Part shown: one piece after another, positions 49,837-59,261 of the stretch
Position numbering within the stretch: the stretch's first letter is position 1
How the letters are laid out: every line of letters begins with the position of its first letter
From: Candidatus Marinacidobacterium sp.
GTDB lineage: Bacteria > Acidobacteriota > Vicinamibacteria > Marinacidobacterales > Marinacidobacteraceae
Assembly (NCBI GenBank): GCA_965204755.1
Contig: OZ242011.1
Coordinates: forward strand, 1,536,001-1,600,000
DNA: 64,000 bases
Reading direction: 5' to 3'
Position numbers and translations under genes: made by a program
Notes under the pieces: generated by a model
Database searches by the model: none
The model's input: the letters and a program-made list of their open reading frames with translations, nothing else
What the model was told of the DNA's origin: nothing

Positions 49837-51036
49837 ATGCTTTCTCCGGATTGTCCCGTCCGTCCGTTGCCGCAACGCTCCCTCGCTCGGGCGAGGCGGG
49901 CTTCGCATCACTTGCCCGAGTCCGCGCCGCGGGGAACTCGGCTTATCCAGCGTCACTCCTGGCGGGCGGCGTTGTTCGCCGGGGCCGGCCTGCTGTTCGG
50001 CAGTGCCGCCTCCGGCTACCGGTTCTTCCGTGCGTACGACGACGAGTCGCTCATTGTGAAGAGCCGAAACGCCATCCGTTGGGATGCCGCGTACTGGCCC
50101 GCCGGCGCCCTACTGGAGTGGGAATTGACCGACGACCCCGGCTGGACCGAGTCGTGGGTGGACCCCATCGACGGCGAAACGAAGCCGCCGCCCTTCAGTA
50201 GTCACTCCGCCGCCGTTCCCTTCGTTCGGGAGGCGATGGCGGCTTGGAGCCGGATCCCGACCGCCGACATCCGCTGGCGCCTTACCGGCGTCGCTTCCGG
50301 CCCGGGCCTCGAGTATGACGGCCGCAATGTCATCACCGTGGACGAAGACCTCTACTTGGGCGGCTGGGCAAAGAGGTGGTTGCGCCGCGCCGACTTCGGG
50401 CGCCCTTGGGAATTGGTCGAGTGCGACATCGAAATCGGCCCGGCGGCGGCCGCGCGGCTCGGCTCCGACGATCCGCGCAGTCTGGCCGTCACGATCCACG
50501 AGTTCGGCCATTGCCTCGGACTTGCCCACTCAAGCCGCCACCCGACCATCGTCCACACCTTCCGGGACATCGGGATTTGGGGCGAAACCCCGAAGATGTC
50601 CTACGGGCTGGACCTTTCGAACGCCTTAGCCCTCGACGACATCGTCGCCGCCTCGCTGCTGCGCCCCGCCGGCGGCTGGGAGCGACGGACCGGCGCGGTC
50701 ACCGGCCGGGTCACCGCCTCCGGCTCGCCGGCCCGCTTCGCCGCTGTCGGCAGCGTCCGCCTCTTGTCAGGGGGACAGACCGCGCCGGGCCCCGGCGTCT
50801 TCACCGACGAAGACGGCGAGTTCCGACTGGAGGGCCTGGTTCCCGGCGACTACCTGATTCGCGCCGGCCCCATGACTTTCGTGAACGCCCACCGGGATCT
50901 CATCGAGGCCGGCGCCACGCTCGACGCCCTCGATAGCGCCCGGCTGAGTCCGGTCACGGTGCGCGCCGGCCACGAAGCCCGCGGCGTCGGTCTCGCAATG
51001 CCGCTAGGCCGCCGGGGAAGCGACTTCGTCCGGTGA
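49837..51036 (+). CDS. Secreted matrixin-like zinc metalloprotease (paralog 2)
   Basis: HEFGHCLGLAH, PKMSYG, TDEDGEFRLEGLVPG; start uncertain. Confidence 0.85.
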   Translation: MLSPDCPVRPLPQRSLARARRASHHLPESAPRGTRLIQRHSWRAALFAGAGLLFGSAASGYRFFRAYDDESLIVKSRNAIRWDAAYWPAGALLEWELTDDPGWTESWVDPIDGETKPPPFSSHSAAVPFVREAMAAWSRIPTADIRWRLTGVASGPGLEYDGRNVITVDEDLYLGGWAKRWLRRADFGRPWELVECDIEIGPAAAARLGSDDPRSLAVTIHEFGHCLGLAHSSRHPTIVHTFRDIGIWGETPKMSYGLDLSNALALDDIVAASLLRPAGGWERRTGAVTGRVTASGSPARFAAVGSVRLLSGGQTAPGPGVFTDEDGEFRLEGLVPGDYLIRAGPMTFVNAHRDLIEAGATLDALDSARLSPVTVRAGHEARGVGLAMPLGRRGSDFVR

Positions 51037-52304
51037 ACGGCTTCCGGCTGCGTCGCTTCGCACTCCCGGCCGCCGCGACGGCCTTCGTCAGCTGTGGAGA
51101 TGGCGCCGGAACGAACGCTCCCGCGCCATCGGCGCCGCCCGTCCGGCCGGCCCCGGTCGCCACGCCCCCGGTCACCGCGTCGCCAGACGCCGTGGCGGTC
51201 GCCTTCGTCGCCGCGTCGGCGGAGGTGTACGAGGGAGACACCGCGTCCCTCCCGATCCGCTACGAGGCACGGAGTCTCGCCGCACCCTGGCGGCTTCGCG
51301 TCTCCCCGCTGCCGGGCACCGCGCAGTCGGCCGACTTTTCCCTGCCGGACGCGGTGGTGGAGATCCCGGCGGGACAGGAGGTGACGGGAACGACGACTCT
51401 AGACTTGGTTGCGCTCCCCGACGACGAGTTCGAAGAAGGCACGGAAACACTCTCCCTGCGGTTCGTCCCCGACCCGACTGTGGACGCGGAACTCGGCGGT
51501 GACCTCCAAATCTCCATCCGGGAGGGTGGCGCCTTGGTGTCCTTCGCCGCCGGCGGGCCGGATGCGCCGCTGGAAGTCCCCGAAGGGAGCAGTGCGGCCC
51601 TGCCGATCCGTTACGAAGTGAGGAACCTCGCCGCGTCGCTGGTTCTCCGACTGTCCACGCTCGCGGAGACTGCCAACGCTGAAGAGTTCCGACTGGGGCG
51701 GAGCGCCGTCGTCCTCCCGACCGGGAGGGGGCTCTCTGGAACGACCTCGGTGAGGCTCACGGCTGTGAGGGATACACGCTTCGCCGAGGACCGTGAAACT
51801 GGACGGATCCGCTTCCTTCCCCCCACGGCAGGAGGGGTGGGCGTCCACTTGGGCCCCGACGCCCGCTTCGTCATCCCCGAGGGTGGCGCCTCCCCTTGTC
51901 CCGGCGTCTTGATCCGCGCCCTGCCACCGGTGACCCTAGCCCCGGGCGACGGCACCTTCGACGAAGGCCTGTTGTTCACTACCCTCACCGTGACCCAGGA
52001 CGCGTCCGCCGCTGAGACCGCGCTATTCCAGCGCTCGCCTTACCTCTTCACCGAACACATGGCCGAATGGGCGGTGCCTCCGGTCTCCGTGCTCAACTTC
52101 GCGGGCTGGCGGGTGGAACCGCAGGGCGGCGCGACCCGGCACTCGGTGGACCTCCGCTGGCCCGGCGAACACTCGCTCGTGGAACCGGCCTTGGAATTCG
52201 GCTTCGTGGGCGGCGGTTGTTCCGGCGTCGAGATCGCGGTCTGCTCCGCCGCCGGCTGCGAACTCACCTCCGACGGTTCGGCGGCTTCCGGTGGCGGCGG
52301 CTGA
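51033..52304 (+). CDS. Lipoprotein with two Calx-beta-like domains (protease partner 2)
   Basis: GTGA overlap, FVSC lipobox, Pro linker, DDEFEEGTETLSL, C-terminal C-x7-C-x4-C. Confidence 0.75.
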   Translation: MNGFRLRRFALPAAATAFVSCGDGAGTNAPAPSAPPVRPAPVATPPVTASPDAVAVAFVAASAEVYEGDTASLPIRYEARSLAAPWRLRVSPLPGTAQSADFSLPDAVVEIPAGQEVTGTTTLDLVALPDDEFEEGTETLSLRFVPDPTVDAELGGDLQISIREGGALVSFAAGGPDAPLEVPEGSSAALPIRYEVRNLAASLVLRLSTLAETANAEEFRLGRSAVVLPTGRGLSGTTSVRLTAVRDTRFAEDRETGRIRFLPPTAGGVGVHLGPDARFVIPEGGASPCPGVLIRALPPVTLAPGDGTFDEGLLFTTLTVTQDASAAETALFQRSPYLFTEHMAEWAVPPVSVLNFAGWRVEPQGGATRHSVDLRWPGEHSLVEPALEFGFVGGGCSGVEIAVCSAAGCELTSDGSAASGGGG

Positions 52305-52500
52305 CCGGAAGCGCCTTGCGGAGAGCGGCGGGCGCCGTACGGGCGAGCGGGTGGTCGGCAGCGACTGATGCACGAACGCTCCGATAGGTCTCGGATTGGT
52401 TGGCCCATTCGTTCCTGATTTTCGAAAGCCCCCCGGTTGTGAACAGCCGGTGGAGGCCGTGTGCGTCGGTGATCTCCGTGCCATCTGCCGATCCCTCCGT

Positions 52501-53547
52501 TCTTGACTTCGACGGTTTGGCTTTGTAAGTGGTTGACCGTTGGGGATTTGGTTTCGTAGGTACACTACAACCGGGCGGAGTCCGGCGGGGAGTGTCCGGG
52601 ATCAGGCGACTTCGCGGAGTCGCCTCGGGGGTGGAACCGGCGTGGCCCGCCGGGGCAGCCGCAGACCCACCAGCCGGTAGATCCGCTCCGCCTCCGGGGT
52701 GGCCTTCGAGGGCAGGAAGAACCACTCGTTGGCGCCCCGGTCGCAGCCGTGGGAGACCTCCACCCGGAGCAGTTCCCGCAGCAGCCGATCCTCGCTCAGC
52801 GGCGCCTCCGGGTAGGCCCGGGCGTAACGCCAGCGCAGCAACCGGAGCAGCGCGAAGGCGGCGTAGCAGATCGCCAAGTGCGCCCGCACCCGCCGCTCCG
52901 TCCAGTGGAACACCGGACGCACTTCCAGCGTGCCCTTCAGCACCCGGAACCCCTGCTCGATCCGCCACAACCCCCCGTAGTGCGCCCGGATCTCCGCCGG
53001 CGGGTCTGCCAAGCTGGTGAACACCCCGTGGAGCCCGTCGAACCGCGCGTCCCGTTCCACCAGATCCGGGTCGAACCGCACCGCATCCCGCCGCACCCGC
53101 AGGTAGCGCGCGGCCCGCCCCTTCCCCTTCACCCCCGACGCCTCCCGCTTCTTCGCCTGCTTCACCGCCTTCGCCCGGAGCCCCGCGTCCCGCTCCGCCT
53201 TCTTCGGGCAGTAACGCACCACCAGCCGAAGCCCCCGCAGCGCCCCCTCCTCCGCCCGGTGCTCCCGCAGCCGCCGCCCCTCCTCCCCCGAAGCGGCCCA
53301 AGACTCCGGCTCCGCCAGCGCCGCCAGGTCCTTCCCCCGCAACCGGCGGAGCTTCGCCGCCACCACCCACTCGAAACCCGCCGCCGTCAACGCCTCCAGG
53401 TTCTTCGCCTCCGGGACCGCCGCGTCCGCCACCACCACCACCCGACTCATCACAAAACGCCACGGCACACTACAAACCGGATCCAGACTGCCGCCCCTAC
53501 TGCACCAAGGACTTCCGGGCCCAGAACCGGGCCAAATCGAGTCAAGA
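52501..53547 (-). mobile_element. Internally deleted IS1634-family element (1047 bp)
   Basis: IRs TCTTGACTTCGA..TTTGGC / GCCAAATCGAGTCAAGA; flanking direct repeat TCCCTCCGT (52492-500, 53548-56). Confidence 0.8.
52602..53450 (-). pseudogene. IS1634 transposase, C-terminal half only
   Basis: VVVADA, Y..LWRIEQGFRVLK..LEVRPVFHWT..RVRAH..IC; N-terminal domain absent. Confidence 0.85.
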
Positions 53548-53618
53548 TCCCTCCGTTGAGCGGGTGGGGGTTGCGGCATCCGAGTCAGCGCCCCGCAGAC
53601 GGCCGCCCACAAGCGGGG

Positions 53619-54161
53619 CTACGGAGAGGAGCGTGCGTCGGAGTCGTCTTCGCGGAGGTGGGCGATGAGATACAGCAGCGACACGACCTCCAACCCGACC
53701 CCCGCCGCGAACATTGCCTTGGTCGGCGTGTCCCACGGCCTCCGCTCTCCATCGCTCGTGTAGCACTTGTTGTAGCCGGAGATGGCCACTCCCCCGACTT
53801 CCGAGGGGTCGGCCGCTGTAGCATTTCGACACGGGATCCATCGCCAGAGACCGGCACCCGTGAAGGCGAGCAGGCCACTGATCGCGAACGCGATGGCGCT
53901 CCGTCTCCTGTTGTCTTCGCGAATGGTTCCCGTCGTAACCTTGGCCGTATTCTGGAGGCGGTAGAGGCCGCCGGAGGCAGCCGTGCGCGCTCGCTCCAAG
54001 AGAATCGGGGGCCCCGGGGAGGCGGTCGTTCGTGTTGCCGAAGTCGTCTCCGCAGGCGTTCCCCGCCGGGAGGTCTCAATTTGGAGAGGGAGGGCGAGCA
54101 ACGTCCACACGGTGAGCGTGGCGACGCCTCGATGCAGTGGGATCAACACGCTCGGCAGCAT
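53619..54161 (-). CDS. Hypothetical exported/membrane protein
   Basis: Signal-like N-terminus, two hydrophobic segments flanking a Cys pair. Confidence 0.55.
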   Translation of the reverse strand: MLPSVLIPLHRGVATLTVWTLLALPLQIETSRRGTPAETTSATRTTASPGPPILLERARTAASGGLYRLQNTAKVTTGTIREDNRRRSAIAFAISGLLAFTGAGLWRWIPCRNATAADPSEVGGVAISGYNKCYTSDGERRPWDTPTKAMFAAGVGLEVVSLLYLIAHLREDDSDARSSP

Positions 54162-54587
54162 ACCCGATGGCAGGAAATGCCGGGCCCTTGCCGACCGCTA
54201 TGCCGCTCGATGCGCCCTGCCCGGCGGGGCCGGCTGCGGGGTGCTTCGGTTGCTCCTGTCCCTCTGTCCCGGCCGTCGCGCTCACCGCTCGGACGCTCCG
54301 TCAAGGTGCCTCGGACTCCGCCGCTGTCCTCCCCGCCATCCCGGAACCGGAGCCCGAAGTGTCCACTCTTCGTGTCCTATTGACACCGCGAGGGCCAACT
54401 GCGCCGGGCCCCGTACCGGGCGGTTGACACGCGGACCGGAAATTCGGGATACTCCGTCGCTCGCTTCAAGAATCTGAACCGAAGCGCCTCTTGTCGAAGG
54501 GGTTAGCCGCGTTGGATTCTTCTTACAAACCGTTGAAAACAATGACTTTTACGCCACGGCTCAGGCCTGCCTGCCCGATGTGGCCGA

Positions 54588-54603
54588 TGGTCCGGCCGTT
54601 GCT
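54588..54603 (+). promoter_or_regulatory. Possible sigma54 -24/-12 promoter
   Basis: TGG-TCCGGCCG-TTGCT (GG-N10-GC) with an AT-rich IHF-like stretch upstream. Confidence 0.4.
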
Positions 54604-54661
54604 GCCTGTCAGCATCTCACGGTATTTCATGCTCACCGCTCCACAAGGAGGACCTCGCAGC

Positions 54662-57577
54662 GTGAAGAGAACTTTTCTTTTTGCTCTGCTGCTGAGTTGG
54701 CCGGCCACGGCTTTCTCGCAGCAGATCTACGGGCGGCTCGAAGGTGCGGCCAGCGACGCGCAGGGCCTCGTGCTCCCGGGCGTCACCGTCACTCTCGACA
54801 GTGCCGAGTTGGTGAGTGCCCGGACCGCCACGACCGATGTGGACGGTTCCTACCGGTTCGCGCAGTTGACCGGTGGCAGTTACACGGTGACTTTCGAACT
54901 CGGCGGCTTCCAGACGGTGGTGCACGAGGATGTCATCGTCGTCGGTGGTTCCACCTATGCGATCAACGCCGAGATGGCTATCGCCACCGTCGCCGAGACG
55001 ATCACGGTGACCGGCGAGTCTCCGGTCGTGGATGTGAAGACGACCGGCGTTTCCGCCACTTTCGACACCACGCAACTTGAAGATGTGCCTTCCGCGACGG
55101 ACATGTGGGCGGTCCTCCAGCAGAGCCCGGGCGTACGGATGCGTGGTTACGATGTGGGCGGCTCCCACAAGAGCCAGCAGTCCGGCTATGAGACTTTCGG
55201 AGTCCGTGGTCAGAATCGGATCATCAACGATGGAGTGAATACGACCGAAGGTACCGGTGGTGCCGGCGGCTACTACGACTTCTATGCCATCGGTGAGTTC
55301 CAGGTGTCGGCGCAGGGCGCCGATGTCGAATCCGACACGCCGGGCGCGACGGTGAACGCCGTGTGGAAGAGTGGCGGTAACGAGTTTTCCGGGACCGAGC
55401 ACTTCGCGTACGAACCGGCGGGTTGGATCGCGGACAACATTACTTCCGATTTGTCGGGTCGCGGCGGCACTTCCGCGCCGGTGATCGGCTTCTACGAGTA
55501 TCACTTGGACTTGGGTGGGCCGATCATGCGGGACAAGGCATGGTTCTACGCCGCCTACAACCGCTTCTACATCGATCGCGTCATCTCCGGGCAACCCCGG
55601 GAAGTTGCGACGGATGTGGGTGACTTCGACATGTTCACCGTCAAGGCAAATTGGCAGATCACCGATCGCGATCAGTTCATCACTTTCCACCATTGGTCGC
55701 TGAAACAGAAGCCGTTCCGGGGGTTGTCGGCCACTGTGCCCGCCGAATCCATCCGAGCGCAGGATTCGTGGAGTTGGCTCCACAAGGCGGAATGGCAGCG
55801 CGTTTGGAGTGACCGGCTGTATTCGAACATCCAAGTGAATCACTTCGGATTCGGCTGGCCGATGGTGCCCGCAGTGGACCCTGCGACGAACCCTCCTCGT
55901 ATCGATCTCGACACTTCGAATCTCACGGGAGCCGGTTGGGGTGTCTTCACTTTCAACCGTTGGAAGCCGCACACCACCGGTCAGTTCAACTACTACTTGC
56001 CGGTAGGAAGCGGAAGCCACGACTTCAAGTTCGGCTGGGACCTGCAGATCGACGAAAGGCAGTTCGGCTGGAACTCCAATTCCGGAGCCATCCGCTATCG
56101 GGACCGGAGCGGGCAGGATCCCGCGCGTCCTCACCATGTGAGCGAAGTGGACTTCTGGAGCGTGCCGAACTTCAACCAGGACCGCAACACCCACATGGAC
56201 TTCTATGTTCAGGATGTGTGGACGATTTCCGATCGCCTGACGCTCAACGCCGGAGTTCGGGTCGGTAGCCAAAGAATCGGCTACCTCGCTTCCGACAATA
56301 CTCCGGGCGGCACCTGTCCCGCGGTCGTCGGGTGTATTCGGGAAATCGCCGATATCGACGGGAATGTCGCCACGGCCATGCCATTGTTGTTCGGTCCCGG
56401 AGCGGCGATTCCGGCAGCCAGCAACCTCATCAGTTGGTGGAACATTGCGCCTCGCGTCGGGTTTACTCTCGACATTACCGGTGAGGGCCGTTCGGTATTG
56501 AAGGGTTATTGGGGTCGCTATTACCACAACATGAACTCCGGTATGCCTGATTCCAACCCCGGTGGCAACAAGTCGGTGCGTTACGAGTTCTTGGACCAAA
56601 ACGAGAACGGCCTCTTTGACGGCGTGAATGAACTGGGCGAGCGGCGGAGCGGGAGTTCTGCGGCGGGCCTCGCGCGCGATGGGATTGACCACAGCCAAGC
56701 GCCGACGGGCGATCCGATCGATCCGAACCTGTGGCAACCCTATGTGGATGAACTGAGTGTTTCGGTTGAGCATCAGGTCGGAAACGACATCGGGCTTCGG
56801 GCGTCGCTGGTTCATAAGCGTCAGACGGGCTATTGGAACAACCTCAACATCGCACGCATCGGGACACTGACGAACTCCAAACAGGTCGCGTGCCCGGATA
56901 CCTGTCCGGACGGACTCGCCGGCACGATGCTCACGGTGAACGATTTGCCGGATGACGCTCCCGGGAGCGAGAACCTGCACACGAATGCCCCCGATGCCGA
57001 GTCGGCGTTCAACTGGACGACCGTGTCGTTGGGCGTGAACCGGCGGTTCCGCAACAACTTCTTCTGGAACGCGTACTTCGACTACCAGTGGCGCCACGAA
57101 GGTCGGACTCCGGGCCAGTCCACGAGCCCGTTGACGACGGATCCGGTCGGTGTCGGCTGGGCTCCGCAGTACGGTTTCATCCCGCACCTTCAGGATCTGA
57201 CGAACTGGCAGGGGAAGGCTGCGGCCCGTTATGTGATGCCCTATGACATCGGGCTCGCCGGGACGCTGCGCTATGTGAGCGGATTTCCTTGGTCGCCGCT
57301 CCTGACCGTGGGTGTCGGGAATGTGGGGAATCAAACGATTTTCCTGGACAATCTGGATAACCGCCGTTCCAATACAGTGACGATTCTCGACTTCCGGGTC
57401 GACAAGGCAGTCGCCTTGGGCGATTCGGCGGAGATCCAACTCATGGTGGACTTCTTCAACGCCCTGAACAACACTGCGGAGACCAACTTCGTGATGAGAG
57501 CGGGGAGCACTTACCGGAAGCCCATCGAGTGGATTCAGGGACGGACGATCGGTCTCAGTGCGAGGCTGACCTTCTGA
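54662..57577 (+). CDS. Oar-type TonB-dependent outer membrane receptor
   Basis: SD AAGGAGG + GTG, signal peptide, LPGVTVT, ETITVTGESPVVD, KSGGNEFSG, LGGPI..DKAWF, terminal F. Confidence 0.93.
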   Translation: MKRTFLFALLLSWPATAFSQQIYGRLEGAASDAQGLVLPGVTVTLDSAELVSARTATTDVDGSYRFAQLTGGSYTVTFELGGFQTVVHEDVIVVGGSTYAINAEMAIATVAETITVTGESPVVDVKTTGVSATFDTTQLEDVPSATDMWAVLQQSPGVRMRGYDVGGSHKSQQSGYETFGVRGQNRIINDGVNTTEGTGGAGGYYDFYAIGEFQVSAQGADVESDTPGATVNAVWKSGGNEFSGTEHFAYEPAGWIADNITSDLSGRGGTSAPVIGFYEYHLDLGGPIMRDKAWFYAAYNRFYIDRVISGQPREVATDVGDFDMFTVKANWQITDRDQFITFHHWSLKQKPFRGLSATVPAESIRAQDSWSWLHKAEWQRVWSDRLYSNIQVNHFGFGWPMVPAVDPATNPPRIDLDTSNLTGAGWGVFTFNRWKPHTTGQFNYYLPVGSGSHDFKFGWDLQIDERQFGWNSNSGAIRYRDRSGQDPARPHHVSEVDFWSVPNFNQDRNTHMDFYVQDVWTISDRLTLNAGVRVGSQRIGYLASDNTPGGTCPAVVGCIREIADIDGNVATAMPLLFGPGAAIPAASNLISWWNIAPRVGFTLDITGEGRSVLKGYWGRYYHNMNSGMPDSNPGGNKSVRYEFLDQNENGLFDGVNELGERRSGSSAAGLARDGIDHSQAPTGDPIDPNLWQPYVDELSVSVEHQVGNDIGLRASLVHKRQTGYWNNLNIARIGTLTNSKQVACPDTCPDGLAGTMLTVNDLPDDAPGSENLHTNAPDAESAFNWTTVSLGVNRRFRNNFFWNAYFDYQWRHEGRTPGQSTSPLTTDPVGVGWAPQYGFIPHLQDLTNWQGKAAARYVMPYDIGLAGTLRYVSGFPWSPLLTVGVGNVGNQTIFLDNLDNRRSNTVTILDFRVDKAVALGDSAEIQLMVDFFNALNNTAETNFVMRAGSTYRKPIEWIQGRTIGLSARLTF

Positions 57578-57609
57578 CCACGCCTTTGGGGTGAAACATC
57601 CTTTTTCTC

Positions 57610-57640
57610 GCCCCCCGGCCGCAGAAGATGGCCGGGGGGC
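57610..57640. other. 11-bp GC hairpin between receptor and peptide genes
   Basis: GCCCCCCGGCC...GGCCGGGGGGC; no U-tract follows. Confidence 0.5.
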
Positions 57641-57671
57641 ACCAACCTGATCTGATCCGAGGAGCACACTC

Positions 57672-57980
57672 TTGAAGATCACCAAACCGGAAACCGTTCA
57701 GACCACCCCCGACGACCACCGCAAGGGGAAGTCGCGGCTTGAACTGCGTCGGCGGCCGATCGCCGATCTCACCCAGACGCAGATGGAGGACGCGGCCGGG
57801 GCCCATCCGCACGACTCGGGGTGCGAGGGCGTCTGCCCGGCGGCGACCGGCGACGGTCCCTCGTGCGCACCCACCTGCGATGGCGCTGCCTGCGGCGCCA
57901 CCGCCGGGGACACCTGCGGGGACTCCTGCGACTTGGGCGGGTGCGAGCCGGCCTCGGCCAGTCCGGAGCGCTGCGCCTAG
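57672..57980 (+). CDS. Cys-rich RiPP precursor, class I lanthipeptide (pinensin-like leader)
   Basis: SD GAGGAG + TTG; leader SRLELRRRPIADL, GG-like AAGA site, core with 9 Cys and 9 Ser/Thr; lanB relic downstream. Confidence 0.75.
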   Translation: MKITKPETVQTTPDDHRKGKSRLELRRRPIADLTQTQMEDAAGAHPHDSGCEGVCPAATGDGPSCAPTCDGAACGATAGDTCGDSCDLGGCEPASASPERCA

Positions 57981-58312
57981 CGCGGCACTCGGGCCCGTCC
58001 TCTGCGACGGCCAAGGCCCCCGGCAGCGTCGCCCGTTCCGTGGAATGGGGATCGAGGCCGGGGCGCCTGACCTGCGCTTCTCCGGAACGCTGTTTGGCGC
58101 CGGGCGTTGCGTTGCCCATTCTCGGCGCTGCCTGTCGGAAGTTGCGTCGCCCCATGCGCCAGTGATTTCGATCCGTTCCAGTTGCCGGGTCCTCACGATC
58201 ACGCGGAGTCGAACATTCGGCGGGTCGCGAGTGTCAGCAACCTCGGTCGTGGCCTTGGGATGAGGCCAAGGATGGTCTCTCACGATATTGCGGAATTTGC
58301 AGTCGCGGGGGC

Positions 58313-58770
58313 TTGGTCGAAGAGGCGCCCCGCGCTACCGAACCTCTCTGGTGGCTGGGCCGGGGTGGCGGGGGACTGGCTCCGCGAGTTGAAGTCGCGT
58401 TCCGGGAGCGCTACGAGTCCCGCGAAGTCCCGCTGACGGAGGCGCTCGATCCGGAGCGGGGGATCGGACTGCCCGGCGCGGATTTGCGGCCCCGTCTCCC
58501 CGCCTCCCCGCTCCTGGCCGGTCTCGACATCGGTACCGCGCGAGTTGGCGCCCCTGCCGGTGGAGGCGGGTGCGCGCCGCGTTCCGCCTTCGCCGCGCCG
58601 ACGGGATGTGGGAGCGGCTGCAGGCCGGGGCGCTCGAGGCCGGAGGCGCGCTGCCCCCAACGCTGGAACTCGACGACGAGTTGCTGGCCCGGCTCGCGCC
58701 GGAGGCGGTACTGGCGGAGGTGGTCCACACGCCGAAGGGCCGGAACGGGCAACGCATGAGGCCGACCCGG
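58313..58770 (+). pseudogene. lanB: Lantibiotic dehydratase (LanB) remnants
   Basis: FRERYESREVPLTEALDPERGIG and, in another frame, PEAVLAEVVHTPKGR; the sequence normally between these motifs is mostly deleted. Confidence 0.75.
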
Positions 58771-59261
58771 CTCCTGCGCTTCACCCGGTTCCGGCACCGG
58801 AGCACCGCCCCCGGCCGCACGCCTCCCGCACCCCAAGCCGACCACGCCTCGACGAACCACGCACGATCCTGCCGACCGCGGGCGTTTTCGAACTCGGGCC
58901 TGTCGCCGACGGTGCGGAAGCCGGCGCGAGGCCTTGCCGGAAAGCCGGGTCGCGCGCCGCCCCGGAGGGAAGACCGGCGGGCACCCGTCCCGCACGGAAC
59001 GCCTCCCTGTCTCCGCCGTCTCCCTCTCCGAGAGAACGGCCGTGTTGCTGTTGTTGTTCGTTCGGCTCGATGGCACCGGGCGTCGCGTTCGCCGTCGAGG
59101 TCGGCATTCTGCCTATACTCCGCCACGGACTGTCCGGCGTGGCGCATGCCGGTTCGCTGGCGGCCGGGAGCCGGCAGTCGGAGGCCCCGCTTCAGTAGGG
59201 GCCGCCCCACGGGGGACCATCGGAGAGGGCGTTCTCCACCGTCCTACAGGAGGTAGGCGAC

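Noticed and set aside
36160-53547. Composite transposon between the two IS elements
   Set aside because: Different IS families, each with its own target duplication, so independent insertions
57672-57980. Peptide as a second substrate of QhpD
   Set aside because: Leader is unlike QhpC, it is 29 kb away, and adjacent lanB relics explain it better
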